A stretch of DNA of 63,543 nucleotides, counting the filler, from Globobulimina sp. (lineage: Eukaryota): NCBI GenBank assembly GCA_003354225.1. It is 20 parts of 20 records of this genome, joined end to end, with 100 filler letters (N's around TTAATTAATTAA, not from the genome) between each part and the next. Parts side by side here need not be neighbours in the genome. Positions count along the whole stretch, not along the records: positions 44,566 to 47,646 come from PIVH01003783.1; positions 47,747 to 50,826 come from PIVH01003784.1; positions 50,927 to 54,006 come from PIVH01003785.1; positions 54,107 to 57,186 come from PIVH01003786.1; positions 57,287 to 60,365 come from PIVH01003787.1; 15 more parts are not named here. One strand, 5' to 3'. The position numbers and the translations under genes were made by a program. Below the pieces are notes generated by a model. The model made no database searches. It saw only the letters and a program-made list of their open reading frames with translations, and had not been told where the DNA came from. Within the stretch, counting starts at the first letter, position 1. Each line of letters begins with the position of its first letter. This document shows positions 47,396 to 57,332 of the stretch, piece by piece.

Positions 47396-47646
47396 TCTCT
47401 TTTTGCGGGATTTGGTGGTGCTGAATTTGCACTAAAAAAAGCAGGAATAAAACATCAAACGGTTGGATACTCTGAGATTGATAAAGATGCAATTAAATGT
47501 TTTGAAATGAATCATCCAGGTGTAAGAAATTTTGGAGATTGTAAAAAAATAAATGTGGCTGATTTACCAGACTTTGATTTAATCACGGGTGGATTTCCAT
47601 GTCAACCTTTTTCTGAAGCTGGAAAACACAAAGGGGAGCTAGACAT
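47396..47646 (+). CDS. Prokaryote-type C5 DNA cytosine methyltransferase fragment (motifs I-IV)
   Basis: Manual translation: SLFAGFGG...YSEIDKDA...FGDCKKI...DLITGGFPCQPFSEAG; no start codon upstream of motif I. Confidence 0.9.
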
Positions 47647-48363
47647 NNNNNNNNNNNNNNNNNNNNNNNNNNNNNNNNNNNNNNNNNNNNTTAATTAATT
47701 AANNNNNNNNNNNNNNNNNNNNNNNNNNNNNNNNNNNNNNNNNNNNTTTTTTTTTTTTTTTTTTTTTTATTTTCTTTTTTTTTTTTTTTTTTTTTTTTGT
47801 CTTTCACAGTTTGTTTATTGTAGTTTTAGTTTATATGATATAAATCTAGTTTTCCTCTTTTTGTTTGCAATTGTTTGAAGATATAGTTCTACTGTACATT
47901 TGATCTTTGTTTACAAATTATGTATACAGATTAGAAAGTGATTAAGTAATTTGTTATGTACTGGCGGTAAACTGCGTCACCAGTTTACGATCAGCTCATA
48001 CGAGATTACCGGTAATTTACGATACTCAAAACACATATACTACAATCAGGCAATGAATCAACACACATTTTTACGGGAAATGTTTAGTGACAGTTGCTAA
48101 ATTAGTAATTAAGTACACAACTACCTTAATGTTGTTCTATCATTAAATTATAGGCAGAACATCAACGAGAAGGAAATAACTTGAACCATTTGCTATGGGA
48201 CGTATAATTCGATTGTGATTTTGCAGCTGATTATGAATTATGATATCAAGCTCAAATATTTTATACCGAGATAACTCTAATTATAGAATTTTATACAAAG
48301 ATACAATTAGTTCACTTATAGCTTAGTTCACAAAAGTAAATTATTTGAATATTATAAATAATA

Positions 48364-48804
48364 ATGGCAGGCGAATACAATTGCATTGGAGCAGATATTG
48401 ACGACATGGATTATACAGCCATTGGTACTAAATTTCAACGATTGAAAAGGTGGCTAAGAAACCATTTTACAAAGAATAGACCGGCACAAACAATGAAATC
48501 AACACCAAAAAATAAGAGAGACAATCAACAATTTAACTATTTTAATGATGTAATTGTAATGATGTTAAAGCGATTGAATGATATTAAAACAGAAGAACAA
48601 ATAAGAAATGCATTTGAGCAGTTTGATGCAAATAATGATGGAACAATATCAGAACACGAAATGTCGACAGTAATTGAAAATTTATTAAATATGAAATTAC
48701 GGAAAGAGGAATTTCTAAAATTATTTGCAAAAATCGATCAAAATAACAACGGAAGATTAGAGTATAACGAATTTATTCAATGGGTGACTGGCCACAGCTT
48801 GTAA
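48364..48804 (+). CDS. EF-hand calcium-binding protein (two hands)
   Basis: DANNDGTISEHE and DQNNNGRLEYNE. Confidence 0.88.
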   Translation: MAGEYNCIGADIDDMDYTAIGTKFQRLKRWLRNHFTKNRPAQTMKSTPKNKRDNQQFNYFNDVIVMMLKRLNDIKTEEQIRNAFEQFDANNDGTISEHEMSTVIENLLNMKLRKEEFLKLFAKIDQNNNGRLEYNEFIQWVTGHSL

Positions 48805-48957
48805 AGTTGTTCTTAATTCTTATTTTGCACGTTTGCATAAAGTTGTTCTATATTTGCTCTAAATTATAATTTTCTGTTTCTTTAATTTACACTTTTCTTT
48901 TCAAACATATAATAATTCATCAAAAAACTTTTGAAGTAACTTTTGCAGTAACAAAAA

Positions 48958-49860
48958 ATGGCACGCATCGATGCAGCATTCAATGACCCAGAGTTAACAA
49001 AATTAGCACATCAAATTGTGCAAGATTTAAATTCAAAGCCAAACCTAGACCCAACACACTCAGACATCGACCACCACATTTTTAAATTTCACATGAAGAA
49101 TCTGTCAAACATGGCACAAATCAATGGCTCTTTCAATGACCAAGAATTAACAAAATTAGCTGAACAAATTATACAAGACTCAAAAACAAACCAGAATCTG
49201 GAGCCGACAGAGTCAGATACGTATACATATAATTATAGTTACGCATCTTCTGAACCTTCCTATGACAATATGCCTGCAATGGCACCTATAATTATCTCGC
49301 AATCTCAATCATTCACAAATGACAGTTTTACTAAATCATTGCCAGCATTTGGCCAAACAAATAAAAAACACGCAACCTATGGAAACTTGCACAATGACCA
49401 GTCTTTGGAAACCGATGGAAACCCATGGAAACCTCCGATATTAATTGAGACATCTTCGCCAAATACAGATGATTTTATATCATCGCCAACGTCAAGCAAT
49501 GATATATCGTCATCAATGCCACCTCGGTGTCGAAGGAGAAAACGCACAGATTCTCAGATTCCCGATTTCAGCGACTTTGCATGTGGGAAAACACAGACAA
49601 AAAAGAAGAAAAAAAAGAAGAAGAAAAAAAAGAAATATGCGGCCTATCGAACGAAACGGGTGCTGTCACCAATACATATTGGTTTTGTTGAATTGAAAGT
49701 AAAAGGAACTATGACACCGACTCGATATTTGCAGAAGAAACAAATGGAAAAACGGAAAGCGTTTAAGGAGAGATCAGATTCTGTCGCTTGGACATATAAT
49801 GAATTTGCTGTGGAGTTAGACGACGATGTTTTAATGTTTGTGAACAAAGAAAATATGTAA
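48958..49860 (+). CDS. Hypothetical protein with duplicated N-terminal module and poly-Lys tract
   Basis: MARIDAAFNDPELTKLA and MAQINGSFNDQELTKLA; run of 12 Lys. Confidence 0.65.
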   Translation: MARIDAAFNDPELTKLAHQIVQDLNSKPNLDPTHSDIDHHIFKFHMKNLSNMAQINGSFNDQELTKLAEQIIQDSKTNQNLEPTESDTYTYNYSYASSEPSYDNMPAMAPIIISQSQSFTNDSFTKSLPAFGQTNKKHATYGNLHNDQSLETDGNPWKPPILIETSSPNTDDFISSPTSSNDISSSMPPRCRRRKRTDSQIPDFSDFACGKTQTKKKKKKKKKKKKYAAYRTKRVLSPIHIGFVELKVKGTMTPTRYLQKKQMEKRKAFKERSDSVAWTYNEFAVELDDDVLMFVNKENM

Positions 49861-50290
49861 TTATATAATTATATAATATCTTTGTATTTTGTTGTATATA
49901 ATTATATTGTTTTCATGTCTTAATAATTATTTACATCATATAAGTGATATATAATTATTGTATGTTCATATTGTTGAATTATATATACTTAATTTAGTGT
50001 GTATTAAATTTTATTAATTTTAGTGTGTATACAATTTACTTTTTAGGTTCAGACTACATTTTATTAATTTCGTCCAGTTATACTTTTTATACAAGTCAGG
50101 TAGTTTCAAATCTAAACAAATTTGTCAAATCTGGGAACAACCCACATATTCTTAGAAGGAAATTCGTGTTTTTTTATGTTTGCATAATCTCACTAAGAAG
50201 AAGTGTATAATGCACCTTCGGATAGCATTAATAATTATATTGAAATAATGATCCAAAAAAAGTCGTTAAGAGCAAGTAAAGCTCTTAATC

Positions 50291-50826
50291 ATGTCACCGT
50301 TTTTACGGTTGTTATGCGTTTTCATTATCACATATTCCCAAGAGTATACATACAACGATAACTACCAATTATCGCAGTCCAATTGGGAAGCCACATGTCT
50401 ATTTTATTATGATACCCATTTAGCATCGATACATAATGCTTCCCAACTCCTCGACGCCCAAACAACTGCTCTCGATGTAGCATGGATCGGTGCTACTGAT
50501 ACCACACTCGAAGGTACGTGGCTATGGACTGACAGTACAGCCTTCAATTATGGTTTAACTAATTCCCAACCCCCGTGGGCCTCTGGCGAACCAAATGATG
50601 AAACACCAGGAGAAGATTGTGTTGAAATAGCTGCCGATGGATTGTGGAATGATCTTCCTTGTTCTTCAAATTTATATAATGGATTATGCGCTTCCCCCAT
50701 CCCAACGCCGGTAATCAATGACAAGTCGAGCTATGTACGTAGCCGCCAGCAACCAGGCTATCTCGGAATGATTGACATTTTGGATGAAATATATATCGAT
50801 TTTTATATCACATTTACTTCGTGGCC
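50291..50826 (+). CDS. Secreted C-type lectin-domain protein, truncated
   Basis: Signal peptide; HLASIH, WIG, EPND, EDCV and WNDLPC. Confidence 0.9.
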
Positions 50827-50926
50827 NNNNNNNNNNNNNNNNNNNNNNNNNNNNNNNNNNNNNNNNNNNNTTAATTAATTAANNNNNNNNNNNNNNNNNN
50901 NNNNNNNNNNNNNNNNNNNNNNNNNN

Positions 50927-51578
50927 TATAGAAATGGAAGATATTTGGAATCATAAAGAAGGTGGTTTGCCATTGCATATACTCAAACTAAAAGAAAATG
51001 CACCTGTAATGTTATTGCGAAATTTAGCAGCACATAAAGGTTTATGCAATGGAACTCGAATGATTGTACGTCGTATATTATCAAACATCATAGTTTGTGA
51101 ACTGTTAACAGGCGAAAAGGCAGGTAATATAGTGTATATCCATCGTATTCCTTTAAACGTTGATGAACCATTGGATTGTTTACCATTTTGCAGACGACAA
51201 TTTCCTATAAAATTGGCTTTTAGTATGACATGTAACAAATCTCAAGGACAAAGCATTGAACGAGTTTCTATATATTTACCACGACCAGTATTCGCACATG
51301 GACAGTTATATACTGCAGTATCAAGAGTCCAAGATCCGAAACAGTTAAATATTTTAATTGTAAACAGCAACGAACATGGATATTTTGAAAAATTTGATGG
51401 TTGGTACACGCGTAATGTAGTATTTAAAGATGCCTTGATTAAAGATTATAACAAAATTCAATGTATATCAAATAATGAAAATAATACAAATATAAATTAT
51501 TATTCTACCAATAATGATAATAATATTATAAATGACTATTACCCAAGCGATGATGATGATAATATAAGAATGTATTGA
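50927..51578 (+). CDS. Helitron RepHel PIF1-family helicase C-terminus
   Basis: PVMLLRNL, GLCNGTR, RRQFPIKLAFSMTCNKSQGQS, VFAHGQLYTAVSRV and TRNVVF. Confidence 0.93.
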
Positions 51579-52006
51579 TATTTATTTTTTTAAATATCAT
51601 TATTTTGTGTAATTTATGTATGCATTTATATTTTACCATGACTTTATTACTTGAAATATTGTAGATGGAAAAATGCAAATGTTTATTGTAGATGGAAAAA
51701 TGTACTTTATTAATTAACTTGTGATTTGCGATGATCGTTGATTATGAATTGCAACATCCAAAGCCAAATAATGATTTCCAGAGGTTCCTGAGCGTTACCG
51801 CTCCCATAGGTTACTTGAAATTTTACCAAAAATCTATACAATTTATACAGCTACCGTGACAATTCATAATTGCTAATCATATAATTTACCTAAAATAAAA
51901 GATCATAATTCCGTATTTCAAAACAAAAAATTCGTTGATTTATATTCCGAATAAATTTAATTTAAAACAAACAGTTCGTTGATTTGTTTTCCGAATAAAA
52001 TTTAAA

Positions 52007-53494
52007 ATGCCAGCACGTAAGCGAAATCAAAAAAATACTAATAGCAAATCACAACCACCAACGAAAAAAAGAAGATCAAATAGATCGAAAACAACAAATA
52101 ATAGAAATTGTTCACCGGTCAATTTAATCAAACTAAACGAGATTAACGCTTTTTCTCGAAATTTTACCATTGAGGGTCAATTAATGGAAGTTGGTGAGGT
52201 CCAAATAAATAGAAGAAATAACCAAAAATTCGTTCGTTTATTAATATCTCAAATGAATGAAAGTAATAAAATTGATACCTTTAAGGTGTACGTTTATGGT
52301 AATTGTTTAGTGTCAGTTCAAATGTTATCAGCAAATGATTCCATTCAAGCAAGCATTCAACAAATTGGTACATCAAAGTATCCAACATTAACCACATGTC
52401 CATATATTGCATCAATTGGTAATAGAGCTGGCGGAAGTATTAAAAAAATCAAAGAATTATCATTTGATTTTAAAGTGACTAATGTAGAGTTTGATGTAAT
52501 TGATTCCATGGCTAAAGATAGTATTATTGAATTACATGGAGTTATTATTGAAAATTATGGAATAGAAATGATCAATACTAAACATGGGAGAAAATCTTTA
52601 GGATCATTTTTATTAAATGTTGAAAATGAATATTTAGTAAAAATTCAAATTTGGTCTCCTTCATTAAATTTGTCTATTGGTGATAATATTCAAATTCTTA
52701 AAGGGAGAATTAATATATTCAATGGTAATAAAACTATTATTGCCATTCAATTTTTAATCAATAATAAAAATAACCAAACGATTGAATTTAATCAATCACA
52801 TTTAACAAATAATCCATCCTTATTACCAACATTTAGGGTTAATTTTAAAGATGATTATAAGGATGCACCATATAGAAAAGTTGAACAAATTTATGAATGG
52901 AGTAAAAAAATTCAACATTTGAATGTAAATTATAATAATCAAACAGAGGCAATGGAACATCAATATAAAAGATGTATTATTATTCCTCAATCAATTGAAA
53001 TATTACCACATTCACAAGAGTATTTTGCGAATAATCGAGGTGTTAAATTAACCAAGAAAGGTAATAAATATTTTGATAAGGAAAATAACGAGGTAATCAG
53101 TCCTGAAATGATTTATAATCATCATTTTTATGTTAAAGATGAATCTGATTCTACCAAAGGAATTGAAATTGTATTATGGAATTATGCAGCAAATAAATTT
53201 TATGGAATTAATGCTTTAGAGTTTTCAGTATTATCACAAAATGAAAAAGCTGCATTGTTTACGAATAGTGTTGAATCACAAACATTCTCATTTTGGTGTA
53301 AAATTAAGATTAATTCAAAATATAAAAATAAATATAAAATGACATTAGATGTAGAAGAGATGGTACAATGCTTCGATATAAATAATTATAATTTTGAAAC
53401 ATTTCCAATAAATGATAAAGAAGAACTTGATGAAGAATATGATGAAGATTATGATATAAATGATGGAGATTATGGTATAGGTTTAATGGATTAA
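52007..53494 (+). CDS. RPA70-like ssDNA-binding protein (three OB-fold-like regions)
   Basis: Basic NLS-like start; segments resembling RPA1 DBD-A, DBD-B (IIELHGVII...KIQIW) and DBD-C (DSTKGIEIVLWNYAANKFYG...FSFWCKIK); acidic tail. Confidence 0.72.
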   Translation: MPARKRNQKNTNSKSQPPTKKRRSNRSKTTNNRNCSPVNLIKLNEINAFSRNFTIEGQLMEVGEVQINRRNNQKFVRLLISQMNESNKIDTFKVYVYGNCLVSVQMLSANDSIQASIQQIGTSKYPTLTTCPYIASIGNRAGGSIKKIKELSFDFKVTNVEFDVIDSMAKDSIIELHGVIIENYGIEMINTKHGRKSLGSFLLNVENEYLVKIQIWSPSLNLSIGDNIQILKGRINIFNGNKTIIAIQFLINNKNNQTIEFNQSHLTNNPSLLPTFRVNFKDDYKDAPYRKVEQIYEWSKKIQHLNVNYNNQTEAMEHQYKRCIIIPQSIEILPHSQEYFANNRGVKLTKKGNKYFDKENNEVISPEMIYNHHFYVKDESDSTKGIEIVLWNYAANKFYGINALEFSVLSQNEKAALFTNSVESQTFSFWCKIKINSKYKNKYKMTLDVEEMVQCFDINNYNFETFPINDKEELDEEYDEDYDINDGDYGIGLMD

Positions 53495-54613
53495 ATTTAA
53501 ACTTTTTCTGAGAACAAAATTAAATAACAACATCACAATTAAGTACAATTTTCTAGCACCACAAAAATATTATACTAGCTATGGTTCTGAAGTACAAAGG
53601 CCATTTCATACAGATAGAGTGATTATGAATAATAAAAAATACCATAAACCCGAGCTAAAGCCGTGAATAATTTCATTCATATCTGGACAAAAAATAAAAG
53701 CATGAATTTGTACAGTTGTTGTTAATTAATTTTGTGCTGTTGGGGCCTGGGGTGAAAACGTTTAAAATAATTTGTTAGTTTTGTTTTTTTTTGTTTTTAA
53801 TCTTTATCATGTTTCCACCATTTTTTTTTTCATGAAATAATTTAACAATCAACATTTTTATATTTAATCCACGAAATAATTTATCGATTCAACCCAATTT
53901 TCTCTTTCACAAAAACTAAAAATCAAATCCTCCAACCTTCGCTACAGGTACTGCTAGTATATATATATATATATTTCCCACAAAATGTCAAACAATTATA
54001 GCAATTNNNNNNNNNNNNNNNNNNNNNNNNNNNNNNNNNNNNNNNNNNNNTTAATTAATTAANNNNNNNNNNNNNNNNNNNNNNNNNNNNNNNNNNNNNN
54101 NNNNNNTGCTCATTTTTGACTCGCTCTTTGTGTGCAAATTCACGAAATGCACTCATTTCCCGTTCATCCGATGATGTCGTTCTTTGTGCTTTCAAATCAT
54201 TAATCAATCCTTTTTCTGGCGAGCCAACCACTGCCAATTTGTCACAAGAAGATATTCGTTCCATTTAATATAAATTTTATCTTATTCTTTTTGTCAGAGT
54301 TTAGATGTTTTTTTTTTGTGTTAAAAAGCGGTGATATGATTGCGCGATTTGCCGTAATTAAATAATCGACCAATTGCAGCTGACCATATGTATGTTTCCA
54401 TAAATAATTATAGTATACACAAAAGGCCACTAAACGACTGATACACCCTTAACATATGTTAAATAATTCAACTATATAATTATATTTAAATGAAACATGT
54501 ACTTCAGTTATCTTGTGTATCCATAAAAACAAAAAACTAAGTTTTTTTTTTAATATTGCGTTTGGATGATGTCACACACATTTTGACCTAAAAACTGATA
54601 CAAACTAACACTA

Positions 54614-55597
54614 ATGCAGTCATCTCGAGATGAACCAAATCTGGTAGAAAATGATAGTAATGATGTAAAGGACGATATGTTTAGTAGTTTCGATACTCAT
54701 TTAAAATGGTATCAAAATCCACAGAATTGGATACGAATTGTTATTGCCGTGGTTTTAACATCGTTTATAATTTTTGCATTATGTCATCCAACATTTTCGG
54801 TCGATTTATTGACATTTTTTTTAGAATGGATTGAAAATAATCCGTGGGACGGATCAATAGCTTTTATCATTGCTTATATACTGTGCAATATATTAATGAT
54901 ACCAGGCATAATTTTATCATTAGGCGCAGGCATTATATATTCGCGTGCCATTGGATTTTGGCCAGGAATTTGCTATGCGTCTATTATATTGACTGTAAGT
55001 TGCTTTTTTGGCTCATGTTTAGCATTTTTAAATGCTCGATTTTTATTAAGAAAAGCTTTTGTTTATTTAATCCAAAACCATTCAAGATTTATAATCATTG
55101 ATGAAGCTGTTAAAAAACATGGATTTAAAGTTGTATTTTTATTCAGGTTATCGCCGGTCACTCCTTATTCCTTATTTAATTGTTAAGCAATCTATATATA
55201 TTTGTAGAAAAATACTTATTTTCTATGTATGTTAACTATGTTTGCAATTGTAGATATAATGGGTTTTAGTAGTGTCACTTTTGGCGATTATTGCCTTGGC
55301 TCAGTGGGTATGTTGCCCAATATTTTCGCCTATGTGTATTTAGGTGCATCAGTACGGAGTATATATGAAATATCGACTGTAAACCCTGAAAATAGTGAAT
55401 ATATGTTAGTGATAACAATTGTTGGCATCGCTCTATTAATTATTACAATATTTTATTTTGCTTGGATGGCACGTAACGAATTACGACGAATTGCAAAGGA
55501 AATAAGACGAGAAAATATGAATAATTTAACATCTGATATTGAAAATACGCCATTAACATTGGATGATGAGTATAACTCTAATGATGATCTATTATAA
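54614..55597 (+). CDS. TVP38/TMEM64 (VTT/DedA-domain) membrane protein; 2 exons
   Basis: IPGIILSLGAG and FRLSPVTPYSLFNY (across intron 55182..55253); YVYLG. Confidence 0.9.
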
Positions 55598-55741
55598 ATA
55601 ATTATAATTGTAACATTTTTTGTTTTTTAATGTTATCGGCATAGTCGCCCGTAATCCCTTGTTTTTTTATGTGTTTAACAGTGTAATTGTGTTTACCCAA
55701 AAGCCGAATTTGTTTGACAGAAAAACATTTGGAAAGCTACA

Positions 55742-56253
55742 ATGGCAGAGCAAAAGAAAGCTTATGATGAATTTGACATTAAATGTCCTGAGGCTGATTT
55801 AGATCAATTGAAGGTAACATCAGATGATGTTAAAAGTAAGGTAGCAATATATATTTGAGATAATAATAATATTTTGAGAATAAAATAATTAATAATACAA
55901 AAGCAATTTAGCACAAGTTATACAACCAATAAATTTAAACTTGCGGGTTCTTTGAGTGCCAGAGAGTTTCAAATGGATAAAGATGATGGCACTAAATTAG
56001 TTGCGATTGTGGTAAGCAAATGAATAATTACACTTGCAATCACATATAATTATGATAAATAAAATATATATAATATAATACAAATACAGTTTGATGTCGT
56101 AGCGCCTGCAAAAAGTGATAAAAAAGATGATAAGGAGATGGATGAAGAAAGCGAATATACAGCCACTTGTACTGTATGTGTATCTTTATAATTGTCTATT
56201 TTTAACATAATTGTCTTTTTCTGAACAAAAATATTTAGCTTTGTGAACAATAA
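55742..56253 (+). CDS. Small (~100 aa) multi-exon hypothetical protein missed by the ORF track
   Basis: Exons 55742-55840, 55904-56011, 56090-56173 and possibly 56239-56253; all introns phase-0 GT-AG and AT-rich. Confidence 0.7.
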
Positions 56254-56403
56254 TATAATGAATGGTTTGGACTCTGGAATGTTGCTCTTTTTGTTCTGTT
56301 GTAACTTGTAAACTTGTACTAGCTAAATTTAAATTTATTACTTCCTAAAACAGAAACAACGAGCTGACATACACCGAAGTTTTCGGAAAACCAAAATTAA
56401 ACA

Positions 56404-57186
56404 ATGTATAATCGACAATGGCTGTCAAAATATAGACGTATCAAGAAAATAGGCTCTGGAACGTACGGATCGGTCTATAAAGCCGAAGATACGGTAACAA
56501 ATGAAATTGTAGCAATTAAAAAAATATATGTTGATTCCGATGACGAAGGAGTGCCATCCACAGCAATTCGAGAAATTGCACTATTAAAGTCTTTGGATCA
56601 TACCAACATTGTAAACCTAAATGAAACAATATATTTCAATGATAACTTATATTTAGTATTTGAATTTTTTGATAGTGATTTAAAAAAATATTTTAATAAA
56701 TATAGACATAAAATATGTTCGAATGAAATAAAACATTATTTACATCAAATATTATTAGCAACAAACTATTGTCATTCCAAACGAATATATCATCGCGATT
56801 TAAAACCTCAAAACATTTTAATAAACGAAGCAACAAAAAAGATAGAAATCGCAGATTTTGGATTATCCCGAAGGTTTGTTAGATGTTTGCTTTTTTTTAA
56901 TCTTTGCTTATTACTAATACTTATTACATAGCATAACATTACCAAATAAAAGTTGGACTCACGAAGGTTTGTACTCTTTGCAGTTTTGTTTTTTGACAAA
57001 AAACGCGAATACAAAAAGTTATAACGCTTTGGTATCGATCACCAGAAATATTATTAGGAAAAGCTCGGTATTCGCATACAGCGGATATCTGGAGCATAGG
57101 TTGTATTTTTGGTGAACTATGCAATCAATCAATACCTTTATTTCGTGGCGATTCGGAAGTATGTCAACTAATGTATATATTTAAAC
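56404..57186 (+). CDS. Cyclin-dependent kinase (CDK1/2-like), truncated
   Basis: [24 protein letters not shown]; introns 56874..56931 and 56967..57018 give [14 protein letters not shown]. Confidence 0.95.
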
Positions 57187-57332
57187 NNNNNNNNNNNNNN
57201 NNNNNNNNNNNNNNNNNNNNNNNNNNNNNNTTAATTAATTAANNNNNNNNNNNNNNNNNNNNNNNNNNNNNNNNNNNNNNNNNNNNGCTTAAATAATAAT
57301 AATAATATATAATATATATAATATGATGGAAT

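Larger units (their letters stand above)
50927..53957 (+). mobile_element. Helitron 3' portion (RepHel helicase end, RPA70-like gene, CTAG terminus)
   Basis: Helitron-type PIF1 motifs, an OB-fold gene downstream on the same strand, and a degenerate hairpin then CTAG|T at 53954-53958. Confidence 0.8.

Noticed and set aside
47395..47492. Listed N-terminus of the 375-aa minus-strand ORF
   Set aside because: It is the antisense read of the methyltransferase fragment.
47747..47800. Poly-T run at a contig start
   Set aside because: Homopolymer at an assembly break; no linked retrocopy evident.
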